Origin: Guillardia theta CCMP2712
Lineage: Eukaryota > Protista > Cryptophyta
Reading direction: 5' to 3'
DNA: 64,000 nucleotides
Assembly: GCF_000315625.1 (NCBI RefSeq)
Contig: NW_005434639.1
Span: 1-64,000, forward strand
Shown: positions 27,586 to 42,420 of the stretch, one piece after another
Layout of the letters: every line of letters starts with the position of its first letter
How positions within the stretch are numbered: position 1 is the stretch's first letter
Position numbers and translations under genes: made by a program
Notes under the pieces: generated by a model
Seen by the model: only the letters and a program-made list of their open reading frames with translations
Database searches by the model: none
What the model was told of the DNA's origin: nothing

Positions 27586-28074
27586 GTCAGAGGAACTTGA
27601 CGTGAGCTTCGCACTGTTCTCCTCCTCTTCCTCGCTCTCCCATTCGCGTCCTCGTCTCTGCCTAGTTCAAGTCGCCATCACCACTTTTGTTGTCAAAATG
27701 AAAAAAAACAAATTTCAAAATTCAAAATTGCAGGTCACATGTGATGCTGCATGTGAAGTAGTCAACTCTATGATCGTTTTTGAAATTTCTTTCCCAATTT
27801 GCGTGTGAGAAGTGAAATAGGTGTAGAGGACCTGGACAGAAGCTTCTCTGGCTGTTCTTGAAGTCGAAGTCGGCGAAGAAAGGAGGAGTGATGTGGGCGA
27901 ACAGGAGGGGAGGGGAGGACGTTCAGGACAGGCCAGGCCATGGGACCTGTCGCTACTCGTTCTCGGAGACAAGAAGAAAATAGAGCGTCATCACGGACAG
28001 CCAGGAGGGAGGAGAAGTAATGATACGAGAAGAACGGTTTCTTATAGAATACTTCGAAGCCTAACAATGTAAAT

Positions 28075-31000
28075 TCACTCTCCTCCGCTCTTGGCTGCCT
28101 TGGCTTTCTCGAAGGCTTTCAGAAGGGCGAGTTGCTTCCTCCTCTCCTTGGGACTGAGTGAGTCGATGAAACTGTCTGTCTCCTCGGCTGCTTCACCCTT
28201 CACCTCCTTCGACTTCTTCCGCTTCTTGGGAGGCTCAGACGTCTTCTTCTTCCTCTCATGCTGCACACTCTTGACATCGGGCTCGCCGGTCCTGCTGCTC
28301 TCGTCGGCTCTCCGTCGTTGAGCTGGCGGGTAAGTCTTGCTGTAGGGATCTTCGCGAACCTTCTTCTCCGCGCCCTCATCCCCCTCTCTCCCTCCCTTGA
28401 CGTTGGGACTCTTCCCTCGCTTCCCTAACATTGACTTGCCGGGTGCCATTCGACTTCTCCCAGCCGTCGTTTTCTCCTCCTCCTTGGGCTTCCCTAACGT
28501 CCCTCGACACTTGGGAGCTCCACAAAGGCAGACGACATTCTCGCTGCCGTAGAATTCCATGTCGTAATCGAAAGTCAACTCGCTTCCTGATTAAGCAAAA
28601 GGCATGAGCAGAAGAAGGGAAGTTTGAGCGACGAGAGGAGAAGGGAGGAACATCAGAATTGTGAGTACGTCGAGCAGGATTATAGGCAGAAGATGACTGG
28701 TGCTCACCGGAAGGGATGAAGTACTTAGCGAACAAAGCAACACACTGCTTGTTCCCCACGTACCACTTCTGCATCTCACAGTTCGGCTCGCAGCAGTGGT
28801 TAATGAAGCGAGCGAGGTTGGCTTTCCTGCGATGGCCCATAAGCATGGGGAGGAGCAACGAGAGCTGCTTACCTCGTCGAGTCGATGAATTCCTCCTGGT
28901 TTAACTTGAGCATGTAGGTGTGTCGCTTGCCCGCATACTCTTCCATCCTCCTCGAAACTTCTTCTCCCGAGATGACTTCTCCGATGTACTCCATCACCAG
29001 CTGCCCCTGCCGCAGGTCCTCGTCGTTCCTTAAAGCCCACCCTCGTCCGTTCTTGGCGAGGAAGATGCTGCACTTTGCCCACTGTCTCTTCTGCAGCCTC
29101 TTGTTGAGACAGTGAGAGCTGCAGGGGCAGCGATAGTCGCACTCTATGTACAAGTCGCGTAGCATGCAGTTACTGTGCTCTCCACAAGCCGTCTCAGGCA
29201 CACCGGGCACGTAGATGCACTGGCAAGCTGAACGAGACTCCATGCTCTTGAGCGCCGCTCGCTCCTCGCCAACATACACGTTCTTGCTGATGGGGGTAAA
29301 GGGCGTTGGAAACTCCGATGTACTATCCTTGCAAGCTTCGTCTTCAAACTCCCTCTGCTTCATGTCCTTCACCGCTGGATATGGCAGCTTAAAAAAGTGT
29401 GAAGAGACTTCAAGATCAGCTTTTGGCATGTCAGGCAGAGGGATCCAGGCGCATTGCTCCTCTTCAACTTCCTCGATCCTTTCCTTACCCTCAGTATCCT
29501 TCGACATGTCACTTTCTGTGGTCTCCATCTTGCCGCTTGGGTAGGTCTCTTCGTCAACACCATTATTCTCTTCAATTGGCGCTGCTGCCGTCGAGACTTG
29601 CAAGCAACGTTCAGATGCCTGCGCTACATGACATGTCGATTCTAGTCTTTCTTGCTCCTCCTCACTGTTCACATTGTCCTTCCCCTGCATCCTGCTGTCT
29701 TCTTCGGCATCCAAAGAGCTCTCTAGAGGCTCTTTGGTATGTGCTCCTTTCTCAGTCGACAAGTTCGTCTGACACTCAGTTGTTCCTCCTTCCAATACCA
29801 ACACAGTAGCACTGTCCAGCACATCTGGGTTTTCTCTCGCCTCAGCTTTTGATGGCGTCTCCAGCCCTTCCCGTTTTCCTTCCCCAACGACGGCCGAGCT
29901 GTGCGCCTCCTCCTCTACTTTGATTTCGTTTGGTGTAGTCGCGTTCATCAGTGTTCCATGGTCCCCTAATTCCATCTGCCCTTGTCTTTGTTGATCATCT
30001 TTCAACATCGCATCGTTCTCCTGTTTTGCCTCTGCGTTCCCTTCGTTCCTCACCGCTGGTATTAATGCTGGTACCACTTCGATCTGCATCTCCTCTGCCA
30101 TACCCATGCTCTTGACTGGCTCGCCCGACGATTCTGCCTGAATCTTCTCAACCAAGTCCTCACGGTTTCTTTGTTGGCCTTCTTCGACGTATGTTTCCTC
30201 ACAGGGAGGTAGCAAAAGCTCTGGACATCTCGGAACATTCTTGAACCATCTCGGAATATTTGTGTTTACAGTTTTGGATGATACGTAAACGTCATTGGAC
30301 GGGCATGACTTTGAGTTTCTTGGTTTTCTTTCGACTCCGTTCTTCTCACCCTTGACTCGGACTTTTTTGGGCTTCTTCTCTTCAGCATCTGTTTTGCGTT
30401 TCTTCCAAGTCGTCCATCCACTGCCATCATACCTGTCATCCATCCCTTGCAGCTCGCACGTCATCATCTCAATTGTGTCAGTAGTGAGCGAGATTCTCGC
30501 TGCTTTCTTAGCTGTCCTTGACAAATGTTTCTCACGGTAGGTCCAATCATATGAGAAGTTGAACTGATTGCTCTTTACCATGTCAGAGATTTCATCGGGT
30601 ATGGCAACCCCACCATTGCCAGTGTTGGACTTCTTCTTGCTGGCGTTGACAGCACTATCAGTCTCTCCACCTTTCCCATCGTGATCCGACCTCACACTTC
30701 TTGCCGAAAGGTTCCATGATACAACGCTGGGAAGCTTTCCCCATTCAAGCCTGTGCGAAGTCGTGTTGGGAGCGAAAGAAACTCTCCACATTTGCATTGC
30801 TCGTTCCCATGCAGTCTTGTGATTCATGTCAAAATGAATTCTTCGAAAGAAGGGAACTTGTTCTTTCATGAAATTGTTGAAGTTATTCAGAGCCTTGGGC
30901 TGTCTTCCATCACCTGAATTCTTGGCTGATTCTTGCTGCTCGCGCTCCTTTACTTGCTGAGTCCAAAGCTTGCCAGCACTGGTTTGCAACCACAGCTGCC

Positions 31001-33247
31001 CGTCGTCTGAAGCAAGGAACTTTTGACCAGATGGAGTTTGCATCCATCCACAATCATATTCTACTTCAACTATCTCTTCCTCCACACTATTCTCAAAGAC
31101 TTCTGAGCCTACTTGCACGTACACGAGACTGTCATTGCAAATGTTGTAATCCGCCAACGTCCTGGAATCATCTAATCTTTGGCCCGAAAAGACAACTGTC
31201 TGCTCCTTGACAGCTATTCCTTCTTTCCCCTTTATCTGTTTCTTTATGCTAGAGACTCGATCATTCTGCTTCAATGTAAGTGTCAAAGTCTTCTTCACCG
31301 ATTGGACTTTCGCAAAAATCTTCACATCCACAGTTTCTCCTGTCCCAACTCTAGCAGGGAGCTTGAGTAAAGTACCTTCCATCAACTTGGTGTTTGCTCG
31401 AATGTCAGGGTAGACTGATTTGTTGATAGAAATCAGCTTTGCGGAATCTACTTTCAGTTTCTCAGCAACATCCTCTGGAGTTTCCTCATCAAGACATGCG
31501 TACAACTGGTACAGACTTCCAATAACGATCCCCATTCTAGATCCTGCCGAACGGACGCTGCTTTTCTTCCATCTTTCATGTGCTATCTTACGAGCTTTCA
31601 CGCTTGTTAATTTAGGATTCTCCCTCATAATAGATTCCAATTCCTGCTTGATAAATCGCTGATACTCTGTTGGAGGTTTGTGGCTCCCATTCTTTCGCTT
31701 CTCCGAAATTTCTTGTCTGCGCTTTGTCAACAATTCCTCTTTCTCTTTCCGTTTTACACGATCAAGTTCTCTCTGCTCTTCACGAGATAATTTTGGCGCA
31801 GGCTCTGCTTCGTTATTCGCTGGCTTCGGTTGCTCTTCATCCTGTTTTTCCTTAGACCGGTGCTTTCGAAAAATAGGTGTTCCATCTTTTCGGATACGCG
31901 GAGCATCCGGGCATTCCACTTCTCGTACTCTCCTCGAGGAAAGTTTGATCCATTCGTTCCATTTAGAGTCCCAACCAGCAAAGTTCACCATCACCTAATC
32001 AATGGCAAAGTTAATTTCAGATCTTTTTTAGGGAGCCTTGGGCAGGAGATACCTGACGACGAGAGTAGCTCACTCCCTGAATTGTAGCTCTGTACCATGC
32101 CCCTTGACAATCACAAGATTCAACCTTGTCGCCAACCTTCCATGGAGCAAGGAATTGATCTGCTTTGCCAAGTTTCTTGACCTTAGGTGCACTTGGATTC
32201 GTCTCCTGGGATTCTGAAGCCTTGGTTTCATTCTTAATCACCTCCCAACTCCTTGCACTGCTCTCAACCGAGACAGGCTGAGGTTGACTGTCACTTGTCA
32301 TGTTGTTCTCGTCTACATGATTATTGTTCATTTCCTGGGCTGGAGAGTTTTGCAATGCGATCAGAGCGTCACGTTTCCGAATTTCATTGATCAAGTCCTT
32401 TTTCAAACGCACCCATGTGCACAAGATCCATTCGTCATCCAAGAAATCACTGTCACCCTCTTGAAGAGCTTTCAATCTTGTTGAAATGTCCTGCAAACGC
32501 TGGCCGGAAGGCTCCGTCATATCCTGATCGATCAACTATGGAAACAGGTCAAAGATGTCTCAAGGGAAAACGATGAAGTTGCACTACCTCACGGAGAAGC
32601 GCGTAGACATGCTTACTTGCCTTTGATAACTTTGTTTTCGAGGCAAATACTAACTGGTGTGAAGGATGATGTGAATTTTGAGCAGAGGAAGTATCGCTGA
32701 AATTCTCGTCGATGGGGAACTGCTGGAGTGGAATTCGATTCTGTTCGTGCTGATGGAAATGATTGGGTATACTTGAAGATATTTGGTGAGAGTCCATCGA
32801 TGAGATATGTTGGCGAGAGCTGTTCGCAACCTCCTGCATGATATGGCCTGCCATGATCATTTCATCATCGGAATTTTCTTCGTAATTTGTGTCTTCTTCG
32901 AACTCATCGTCAGCCCTCTCCCCTGCAACAGGTTGAGCAACACCAGCAGCTTGCTGATCGAGTAGCATAGGAAGCCTCTGGTAGCCCAAGTAGTTTGCAC
33001 CTGCGTCCTGCCATGCCGGTACTCGCATATCATGCACGGGTATAATCCCAGCAGGGTTTTGGAACAGGTGCCCATTACAGTGGCCAAGTGGGAGTTGAGA
33101 GGAGGAGATGGGAAGGGGAAGTTGTTGTGTGCGGTAGAGGATCGGGGGAGGGCAAGGTTCCTGTGCTAGGAGGCAGGGGGGCGGGGGTAGCGAAGTTCCC
33201 GCCATAGGCGGCAACCCTCCCGGCATCATTGTAGGAAGGGCGCGCAA
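28075..33247 (-). CDS. SET2/ASH1-class histone lysine methyltransferase (AWS-SET-postSET) with Tudor-knot, HMG/YABBY-like, LysM-like and ubiquitin-like domains; start approximate
   Basis: [40 protein letters not shown]; AWS cysteines; UBL VKIFAK...IKGKEGI...[18 protein letters not shown]; [14 protein letters not shown]. Confidence 0.9.
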
Positions 33248-33904
33248 TTTGAGAAGCAGGGGTACTTTTCCCCACCAAAAGAAGGGGTGATTGTATGGTA
33301 CACGGGTATATCATCCCGGTGAATCGACTGGAAAGGGGGGTGGGGTACGCTTCGTCAGGTCAGAGCGTGTGTAGTCTCTTCCCCACTCAGACCCTACGGT
33401 TACATTCGATCTTGAACTGTAACTGTCTCCAATTGGTTTGTCGAAGGGTCGTCATGGAGGTGAGTGCGGGCAAGCTGGGGCCGCGGGGGTAACGAAGAAA
33501 AATGATGGGAGGGAGAAGAAGTGGCTGGAAAAGCTAGTAATAATGAAGAGATGACGTCAATGCTGTCAAGTGAGGGAAGAAAATAGAGACATCAAGAGAG
33601 AAATACTACTGTAAGTGGGGAGCCAGAGGGGAGCAAGAGAAGAATACAAGAAAGAAAGGCAACTGAAGAAATGCGTAACAAGCAAGCCAAAGAAACAAGG
33701 TGTGCTATAGTAAGTATCGCTAAATGGCATGAGAATCTCAGAAGGTGGATGAACAAAGGAGAAATGTGGGCCATGGAGGCAGGGCTCATCAAGCCTAAGC
33801 TTTGAGGTGGACGGGGAAAGTTGTGGTTGTAAACCAGACATAGCCCATCATCTCTGGGAAGGAAGCAGGAAGGGAGGGAGAGAGGGAGTCAGATCTCTTG
33901 TGAA

Positions 33905-34741
33905 ATGAAGAGTATGTGTCCATGTGGGCAGATAAGAAAGCAGTCCAGAAACAGAAAGCATTGTAAACGATGGAACATGCTGACTCCTTGTTGCAAGGCG
34001 TATCCGACATTGTTCAATAGACATAAGAATTTCGGTGCTTTTGCTGCGACATTGACTACCGCAATTTTTGCTGTGAGTTGTGCCCTGCTGTGTGGTTTGT
34101 TTGTATTTTCTAAAGGTTCAATTGCAGATCTCAACGCTTACATACCGAGCTGTTTCTTCCAACGGGCCGAAGAGCCAGATGTTATGGCAGGTATGTCACT
34201 TCATGGCATCATTCGAAATATTCCTGCTTTCCTTCTGCAACGCTGGGGCCTCTGCTGCATCGCACATCATACCTTGCACATTCGCCTCAGTGATTGAATG
34301 CTTTAGGGCCAGGTCAACTCGATGGATGTCCCTCCCCAACCCAAGCTTGCCTATAACGGGCCTGTGTACTCTGGCAGTGGAGCGTGGATGTGGCACGGCA
34401 AGACCATCAAGCCCTCGGCTCATCCGAGGCTGCAGCATGCAATGAAAAGGAAGGGGGTTCGAGGACACGGTGATGCACAACATGCTCATTCAGAGCACAG
34501 CCTATCTGTGAAGGCTGCTGCTCAAACGCCGGTACAGCACAAGAAATTGGAGAGTAGCGTGCCAACGTGGCTTGCGAAACATGCACCAGGGTTAGCAAGG
34601 GACATCAAGACAGCAAAGCAGCTGTATTCCAAGGGTCAGAACTCATTGAGCGCAATTAGTGAGGGTTTCGGGAAGGCGTTCGACATTCATGACGACATGG
34701 CACAAATGAAGAAACCCGTCAAAGTTCTGACTCACGTTTAA
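33905..34741 (+). CDS. Hypothetical protein with N-terminal hydrophobic segment (spliced)
   Basis: Consecutive + ORFs; hydrophobic AIFAVSCALLCGLFVF. Confidence 0.35.
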
Positions 34742-36737
34742 TGGACAAACGACACAAGGGAATAAGTTCTAACAGACTTCGGAGTCATGCCACTACCCGG
34801 ATCAGTGTACCGGGTATACTGAATCGGACTCATCGCGGCCTGGCCCATCACCGTGATCAGGATCTAAAGGTGCTTGTGAAGGTCACAGTAACGACTCTGC
34901 GCCAAGACTTGACCTGCCACGGACCAGCCTACCAGTGAGATTGGATGTAGCAGTTCAACTACTACCGTACGGTCATTCAGTAATAAACTTTCAGCTTAGC
35001 AAGTTCTATTCACGTTCTGGGCCCTACTAGAGTCAGTGCGGCGGCCGGCGGCCGCAATGCACTGACCGTACACCGGCGGTGCCCAGGCTAGTGTCTGGCT
35101 GCCCCGGGCCCGGTTCTCAGTAGGTGTATGGAAATTATTAGTCAATCACTTCTCCCGGCGACTCCGATACCCCTACCCCTGCCCCTACCCACCTTGGTAC
35201 CAGAAAGGTTTGGAAGTTGGTACCATGCCTATTCGATTTTGAAGGGCGCTCTTACCGGCAGGGGTATGACTCCAAACTGATTTGTATTTTTCTTCTTTAA
35301 AATGAAATATGAAAAGATAACTTGAGATGCATTCAATTGGTAACATTGAAATATGTGGTTGAGAAATTCAAATTAAATTTGAAAGTTGGACAAGGTGTGA
35401 GGGATGAGGGCAGGAAAGTTCGGAAAGAGATGATCGGGATTGCAGTGGGGGGTAGGGGTACAGGTCAAAATGGGGGGACAGGGGTACAGATAACAATAGT
35501 GGTAGGGGTTATCAAAAGCTACTGAAGGTGGGTACTACTTAGACGTGGTAGGGTGACCTTCTGTACTGAGTGTAGTCCGAGCGGGGGACGACCGGGGTGG
35601 GTCCAGAGAAAGAGGGGTCGGGTGGTGTATCGTCAAACACAATGGGGACAAGGGGTGTTGTTCATACCCCCCTTAGTAAGTTATTTTACTTGGTATAATC
35701 ATGGGTAGGGTGATAGTTCGGTCGGAAAAAACAGAAGTACCCACGGGGTAGTGGGATATGTCTCCGAGGGTGGGTTGTCGAGATAGATGATGAGTAGTCG
35801 ATGGCGGGGGTTAGAACAAGATAGAGTGGCGGTGAAGGAGTGAAACGACCAAGGAAGAAGAAGCGCTGTAGTGAGAGATAGAATGAGAGTTATGAACACA
35901 GTCAGAATGGAGCTAGATGAAGAGACTGTGAAGGCAAGCATAAGGAAGAATCGCAGTCTGCGCACAGCGGGAAGGGCAGAAATGGTGAGAAACACGAACC
36001 ATGCAAATTGAAAAGATAGGCAAGAATTATGAAACGCATCTCTTTGTGTATCATGAGTAGTTTCATATTTCGAGGTATCAAACAATAATGCAAAGTTCCG
36101 GGCGAGGCAGGAAAGGCTGCGAAGGAAAGTGTATTGACAACATTGATGTTTGATCATGCGAAGTCGGAAGATCAAAACCCTGATGTGGTTTTCTAAGATT
36201 GAAATACTCAGAAATAGAATGAAAGTTGAGGTATAGAAATTGAAACTGCGAAGTCAGCTGAAATCATATTGCTTCGCGTTCACATTCTTGGTTGATTTTC
36301 ATACTGGTGTTGCGACGATGATTGTTACGTTCAGCAGCTGTTGTCGTCCCTCCGTGCACTCTCATCATAGGGAACCAAGGATGCTGATATAATCTGCTGA
36401 TACAATTTCAACAAGTCGCTGCCTCAGTGTTCTTCGGTGAGTTCCTGTGGTTTTTATACAATTCCATTATCTCCAACTGAAGTCGTGGCTGCGAAAGTCA
36501 GTTGCAAACATCGGTCGAAGGAAGTAGAATTTCACTCAACACCCAATGCTCACTGCAGTACAAGGTTAGGGACCGTCTCCCTGCTCGGTCCCATACCTAA
36601 GATTTCGTAGATGCAAAAATCGAGCAGAAGGAACAATCGTCACCGGAAATCGTACAGGCAACGCCATCAAAGGCGAGACTGACTTCTTGTTGTTTTCTAG
36701 GCCCGAAACCTATTGACAAATTTTTGACGTGCTGTAG

Positions 36738-39620
36738 ATGGCAATGTCTGAGAAGAGGTCCCTGTTTGAAAGAAGCAACAAACCCGAAAATTCGAAATCA
36801 AACACAGAAAGGCAATCTGCGAATGAATTAGGTCGGTCAAAATCGTGTGAAGACAAATCAATAGCAGATGAAGCGGCAACCGGGGAAAAGTCTCCTACAG
36901 GAGAGACGTCAAGACCGCGATCCAATTCTGATGATAAAAAGGCGGATTCATCCAGTATCGAAACTCAGAGCATGGGCAGTTTGAAAGATAGGCTGGCCCT
37001 GCTTCAGCGGGGTAATGCAGACAAGAATCAGCAGGAAATCTCAAAGAAAGATCCTCAAAATCCGCACCCCCCTGCTACCAAATTAGAACATGAGAACTCC
37101 TTGAAGGACAGATTAGCTTCACTACAAAGTGGGATAAAACAACACAATGATTCTGATCAAAAAGTGCCAAAAGAATCTTCTTCAAGCTCAAAAGATGGAT
37201 TGACGAAAACTCCACCCGAGAGCAAAAAAGATGTAGATAAAATTTTACAAAGGCAACATCCTTCTTGCTATTCTCCTGTCAATCTGATTGCATTTTACAG
37301 GTTCGGAGAGAATCCTAGCAGCGAAGCAACCAAGTCAAGTGAACAGAAGCCGAACGTGGAAAAAGCTATATCCAACACCAGCGGTCTGAAAGATCGGATC
37401 AGAGCGCTGAATGAGTCGGGCCAGCATGTACAAAAGTCGAATGAGTCGGGAGATGAAAAGATGCATCAGAAATCACCGCCAGCTGCGGCACAACCAGAGG
37501 TGCAGAGCCCAAGTTCGTCATCCATCTCGCAAGAGGTTCGTTCTATCCTTCCTGTTTCGTTTTAACGATCACGCCTTTCTCCCTCCTGACTGTGTCTGTA
37601 AAACAACAGGTGCCACCCTTTGCAGACAGATTAGCCTCCTTTGCGAATCAGTCCAGTTCTGATCCTGTCGAAAGTTCGGAAAGAAAGTAACTCAGAGCAA
37701 CAAGCTCTGCCTGTGTTGCATGACTAGATATTCTTCAGGAAATCACCGCCAGCTACTAGCCACACGAAACCGATTCGAAAGGAGTTGGCTGTCCCGGGTT
37801 CAATAGTGCCAGGTTATCGTGCTTGTATTGAGGGATTTGTTTGTTAATCATGTTTGACCACGATAGAACCTTCCAAACCCAGCGAGCATGTTAAGAAGTC
37901 TCTAATGCCCTCAAAGACCTCCTTTGACAAGAACCGAGGTTTGTCGTGATTGCAAATCTATCTGCCGAACTCATTCGCAATCAAGAAAAACACGATCACA
38001 CGAAAGAAAGTCCTCCTCCTAATGTAAGATATCGCTTTCACACTTGTCATGAATGTCCTTATTGATTTCCTCAGAGCCAACAAGATACAAGTCAAGCGAC
38101 CGCCTCTGTTCCTAGTGAGTCATTTTCATCTAGTGGTTCGTGTAGTGAGACTGGTCAGGCATGAGCTTGAAGGAACGAATGGCTCGGCTACAATCAGGGC
38201 AGGACCCAAACAGTCGCGAATCGGCACAAGAGGGTACGGGGGGTTGTGAAGTCATATCGACCTGACGTGTGAAATTAGAATCAATGCAACAGCCGATTCG
38301 CAAGAGTACCTCAATGCCCGTTGGGCCCCGGCAAGGTCAAAACCTCGTGGAATAGAATGTTGTGAGATTGTCTGAATCTTGGGAGTAGAACCCTCCGTCT
38401 CGAAGAAAAGTCCGCGTGATGAACAATTCCGTAAAGAGCACAAGGCAAGTTCGCTCAAGTTCTCGCATCTGTCTCAGCAGGTGGTTTGTTTTGGGCAAGC
38501 GAATGATAGATATCTGACTTTTGATCCTTCCAGGCTCGAGAAGTTGCAGAAGCTTTGGGTTCTGACGCGGCAGAAGAATCCGATGAAGAGCCAGAAAGTG
38601 AGACTGCTGCTGCTCTTGCTGCTGCAAATAGGGTGCTCATGGACGGTGCCTGACAGAAGAAGAGGAGGCTGCGGACGGAAGCATTCGAAATCAAACAGTT
38701 TTCAATCGTGTCTCCATGTTTGAAACCGGTGATGAGGAGCAGCAATTAGAAACTTCTGTTGATTCACCCATGGCAGGTGACATGGCGGCTGGATGGGACC
38801 TTGAGAAGCTCGCGAGACCGGAGCCCGGAAGGATTGGAGGAGTCCCGCCCAAAGAAACGAAGATCGATACGGCTTCGTTGGATGTCGGGGATATCAAGAA
38901 TCGATGGAAGCAAGGAAACGTTGCAAAGGACGAGAAGTAAAGATGTGAAGCAAAGGCAACGCAACGCTTCTAAGATTTTCAATGCAGGAAAACAAATAGT
39001 GCGTCAGAAGAAGCTCTTTTTCGTTGTTACGCTGCTGCGGCGACAAGAACAGGAGGTGGTTCCTATCCGTGTAGTAGAAGAATTTGATTGCTTTGTACCA
39101 GGTGTGTATGAGATTCAACAAAAAATGGAACATCTTGCGGCGGGAAAGCCAGTGCCCAAGGTAAAGAGATAGAGTGAAGATAGATTTGTATGGATGACGG
39201 TTGGAGGACAGAATACTCCTCCCAAGCAGTCGTCAAAGATAGCGGAGATAGCAGAGTCGATTCACTTCGATCCGAACACGATGATGCCCGGAGCTCAGGT
39301 CTTGCTCCCTTGAACGAGTCCGGTTGCAGTGACTTCCTTGCAGCATCCGAGTCTCAATTACAATGTCGTAGAGTCAACCAGCCGCGCCAACGAGTGAGTC
39401 TCCTCCTACTACTACAACTACCACTCCTGCTCCTACTCCTACTCCTACTCCTACTCCTACTCCTACTCCTACTCCTACTCCTACTCCTACTCCTCCTGAC
39501 TTGACTGAAGTTGGCGGAAATACACGGAGTCTAACCTGGCAAACCTCAACATGGACGACGACGACGAGCTGCCGCCGCCTCCTCCTCCGAGCTGTGGGTT
39601 GCACGCTTCCGACCGAACCT
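36738..39620 (+). CDS. Low-complexity Ser/Lys/Glu-rich multi-exon protein with repeated (S/G)LKDR(L/I) motifs; ends approximate
   Basis: 275-aa ORF plus many short exons; SLKDRLA x2, GLKDRIR, IKNRW. Confidence 0.55.
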
Positions 39621-39852
39621 CCTTGACTCTGCTCAGGGGCCTCTAAGTCGAGCGAAGCAGCTTCGGAGGCAGATGGGACCAAGTGAGTGCCGCCCCCCAT
39701 CCCCTCGCGTCTCACTCGGCCGCAGGTCCCCGGGCAAGAAGCTCCGAGCGTCTGCCAAGTGGCTGCTGGAGAAGCGAGGACTCAGCTGACGTCGTTCCCT
39801 CCTCTTTTTTGACATTTTCTTACTCGTCTGTATATTTTTTTGCTAGTTTACC

Positions 39853-40908
<1,056 letters not shown>

Positions 40909-41232
40909 TAGTCCCCTCTCCTGCTCTGCTCCCCTCGGCCCGGAGTCCTGTCCTTCCGGCGACAGCGGTTCTCATTCTTGCAGTGCGTCTCATCAACTGC
41001 CATCGGCCCGGAGTCTATTTCGGTACCCGCCGGTTGCCCGGCCACTCGGGTATCCCGGCCCGAACGGCCCGCCGGTTGCAACTTCAGAAATTTCTTTAGG
41101 TGATCGCAATATCCAAAACCCACCCAGCCTTATCGACTTTTTCGTGAAGCGACAGGCAATGCTGGTACCGCTCTTCACTCGGCTCTTTCTCTTCGGCAAT
41201 GGTGAGAAGCGCAGAAAGTCAGGAATAGAATC

Positions 41233-41303
41233 GATGATATGAGGCATGTGATGGATGATATGAGACATGTGATGGATGATATGATACATGTGATGGATGA
41301 TAT
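41233..41303. repeat. 21-bp minisatellite x~3
   Basis: gatgatatgag(g/a)catgtgatg-type units. Confidence 0.85.
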
Positions 41304-41684
41304 CAGGCTGGGTCTTGTTCCAGCGCCCATTCCCTTTGTTGTATTGTGTCTTCGGTGTGCCGCACGCTCAACTGCTGTAACTCGTGGATCGTCAAGTCGA
41401 ACCGCTGATGTGAGTGGATGTGATCTGCAGATTGGGCAGATACATACAATCAAGGATTGTATGGCAACAAGATTCAGGGACTAGGGTCGACTAATTCACA
41501 AGTCGGGTTTGGAATTATGTAAGAAAGCAACAAAGACTCGCAGTTCTGAAAGTTTGCTAGGGATCACGACGATACAACGTTGCAACGACAAGTTTGAAGC
41601 AGGTGAAAAATCGGGAAGTTACAACGGAAACCTTCTGCTTTTCCATGTTTGATTATCTAGTGAAATGTAAATGAATCACAAAAT

Positions 41685-42420
41685 TCAGACAGATGTGAGG
41701 GGTGGGGAAGCGACGGTAATGAAGCAAGGAGGAGGACTTATGCCGCCAAGATTTTTGTCGCTGCAGGAGACCTGGACAGGCTCGAAGCTCGAAGACTTGG
41801 CAGTTGCCTCTGCCTCCTGATCCTCCTGTGCCACGATATCCTTCCATTGCACACTCGACCCTCGCTTGGCGTCCCGCGGGCTCAACCTCACAACCTCCGC
41901 TGCGTTGTTTTGGATACCATCGTCCTCAGGAGGGCATCCATGCGGGACTCCTCCATCGAAACACGTGACTTCCCCCTTGTTCTTCCACACCATGTACGCG
42001 CCATACCGGCGGTCCCTTGCACTGAGCGTGACATCGGGAGGAGCGAAGCGCGCTATTGGCACGGCCTCCTCTCCTGCTGGATTCACCCACGCTATGTATC
42101 CGCCTCGCTTGATGCTCTCGGGATCCAAAGAAACCTCAATTGAGCCGTCGCCCACCCGTTCACCCAGCATCTGCACAGAGGTGATCAGGCATGCAGGAGA
42201 ATGCAGGAAGAGTTTCCAAATTTAACGACTCACTTGTTGCCGCATCTGGACACTCTGACGGAGACGTCGCGAGGATGGCTCTATCCCCGCCCTCTGCTGC
42301 CTTGCACGCGGGGATGAAATTACGTACATCTCAAGCGCATCAGGGCTCCGCTGCCACCATTGCAGCATCAAGCAGCAAAGAACAAGAAGAGCTGCTCCAG
42401 CAGATAAAATTGCACGTGCA
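41685..42420 (-). CDS. Hypothetical, possibly secreted protein (spliced)
   Basis: 163-aa last exon; upstream exon with hydrophobic AALLVLCCLML. Confidence 0.45.
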
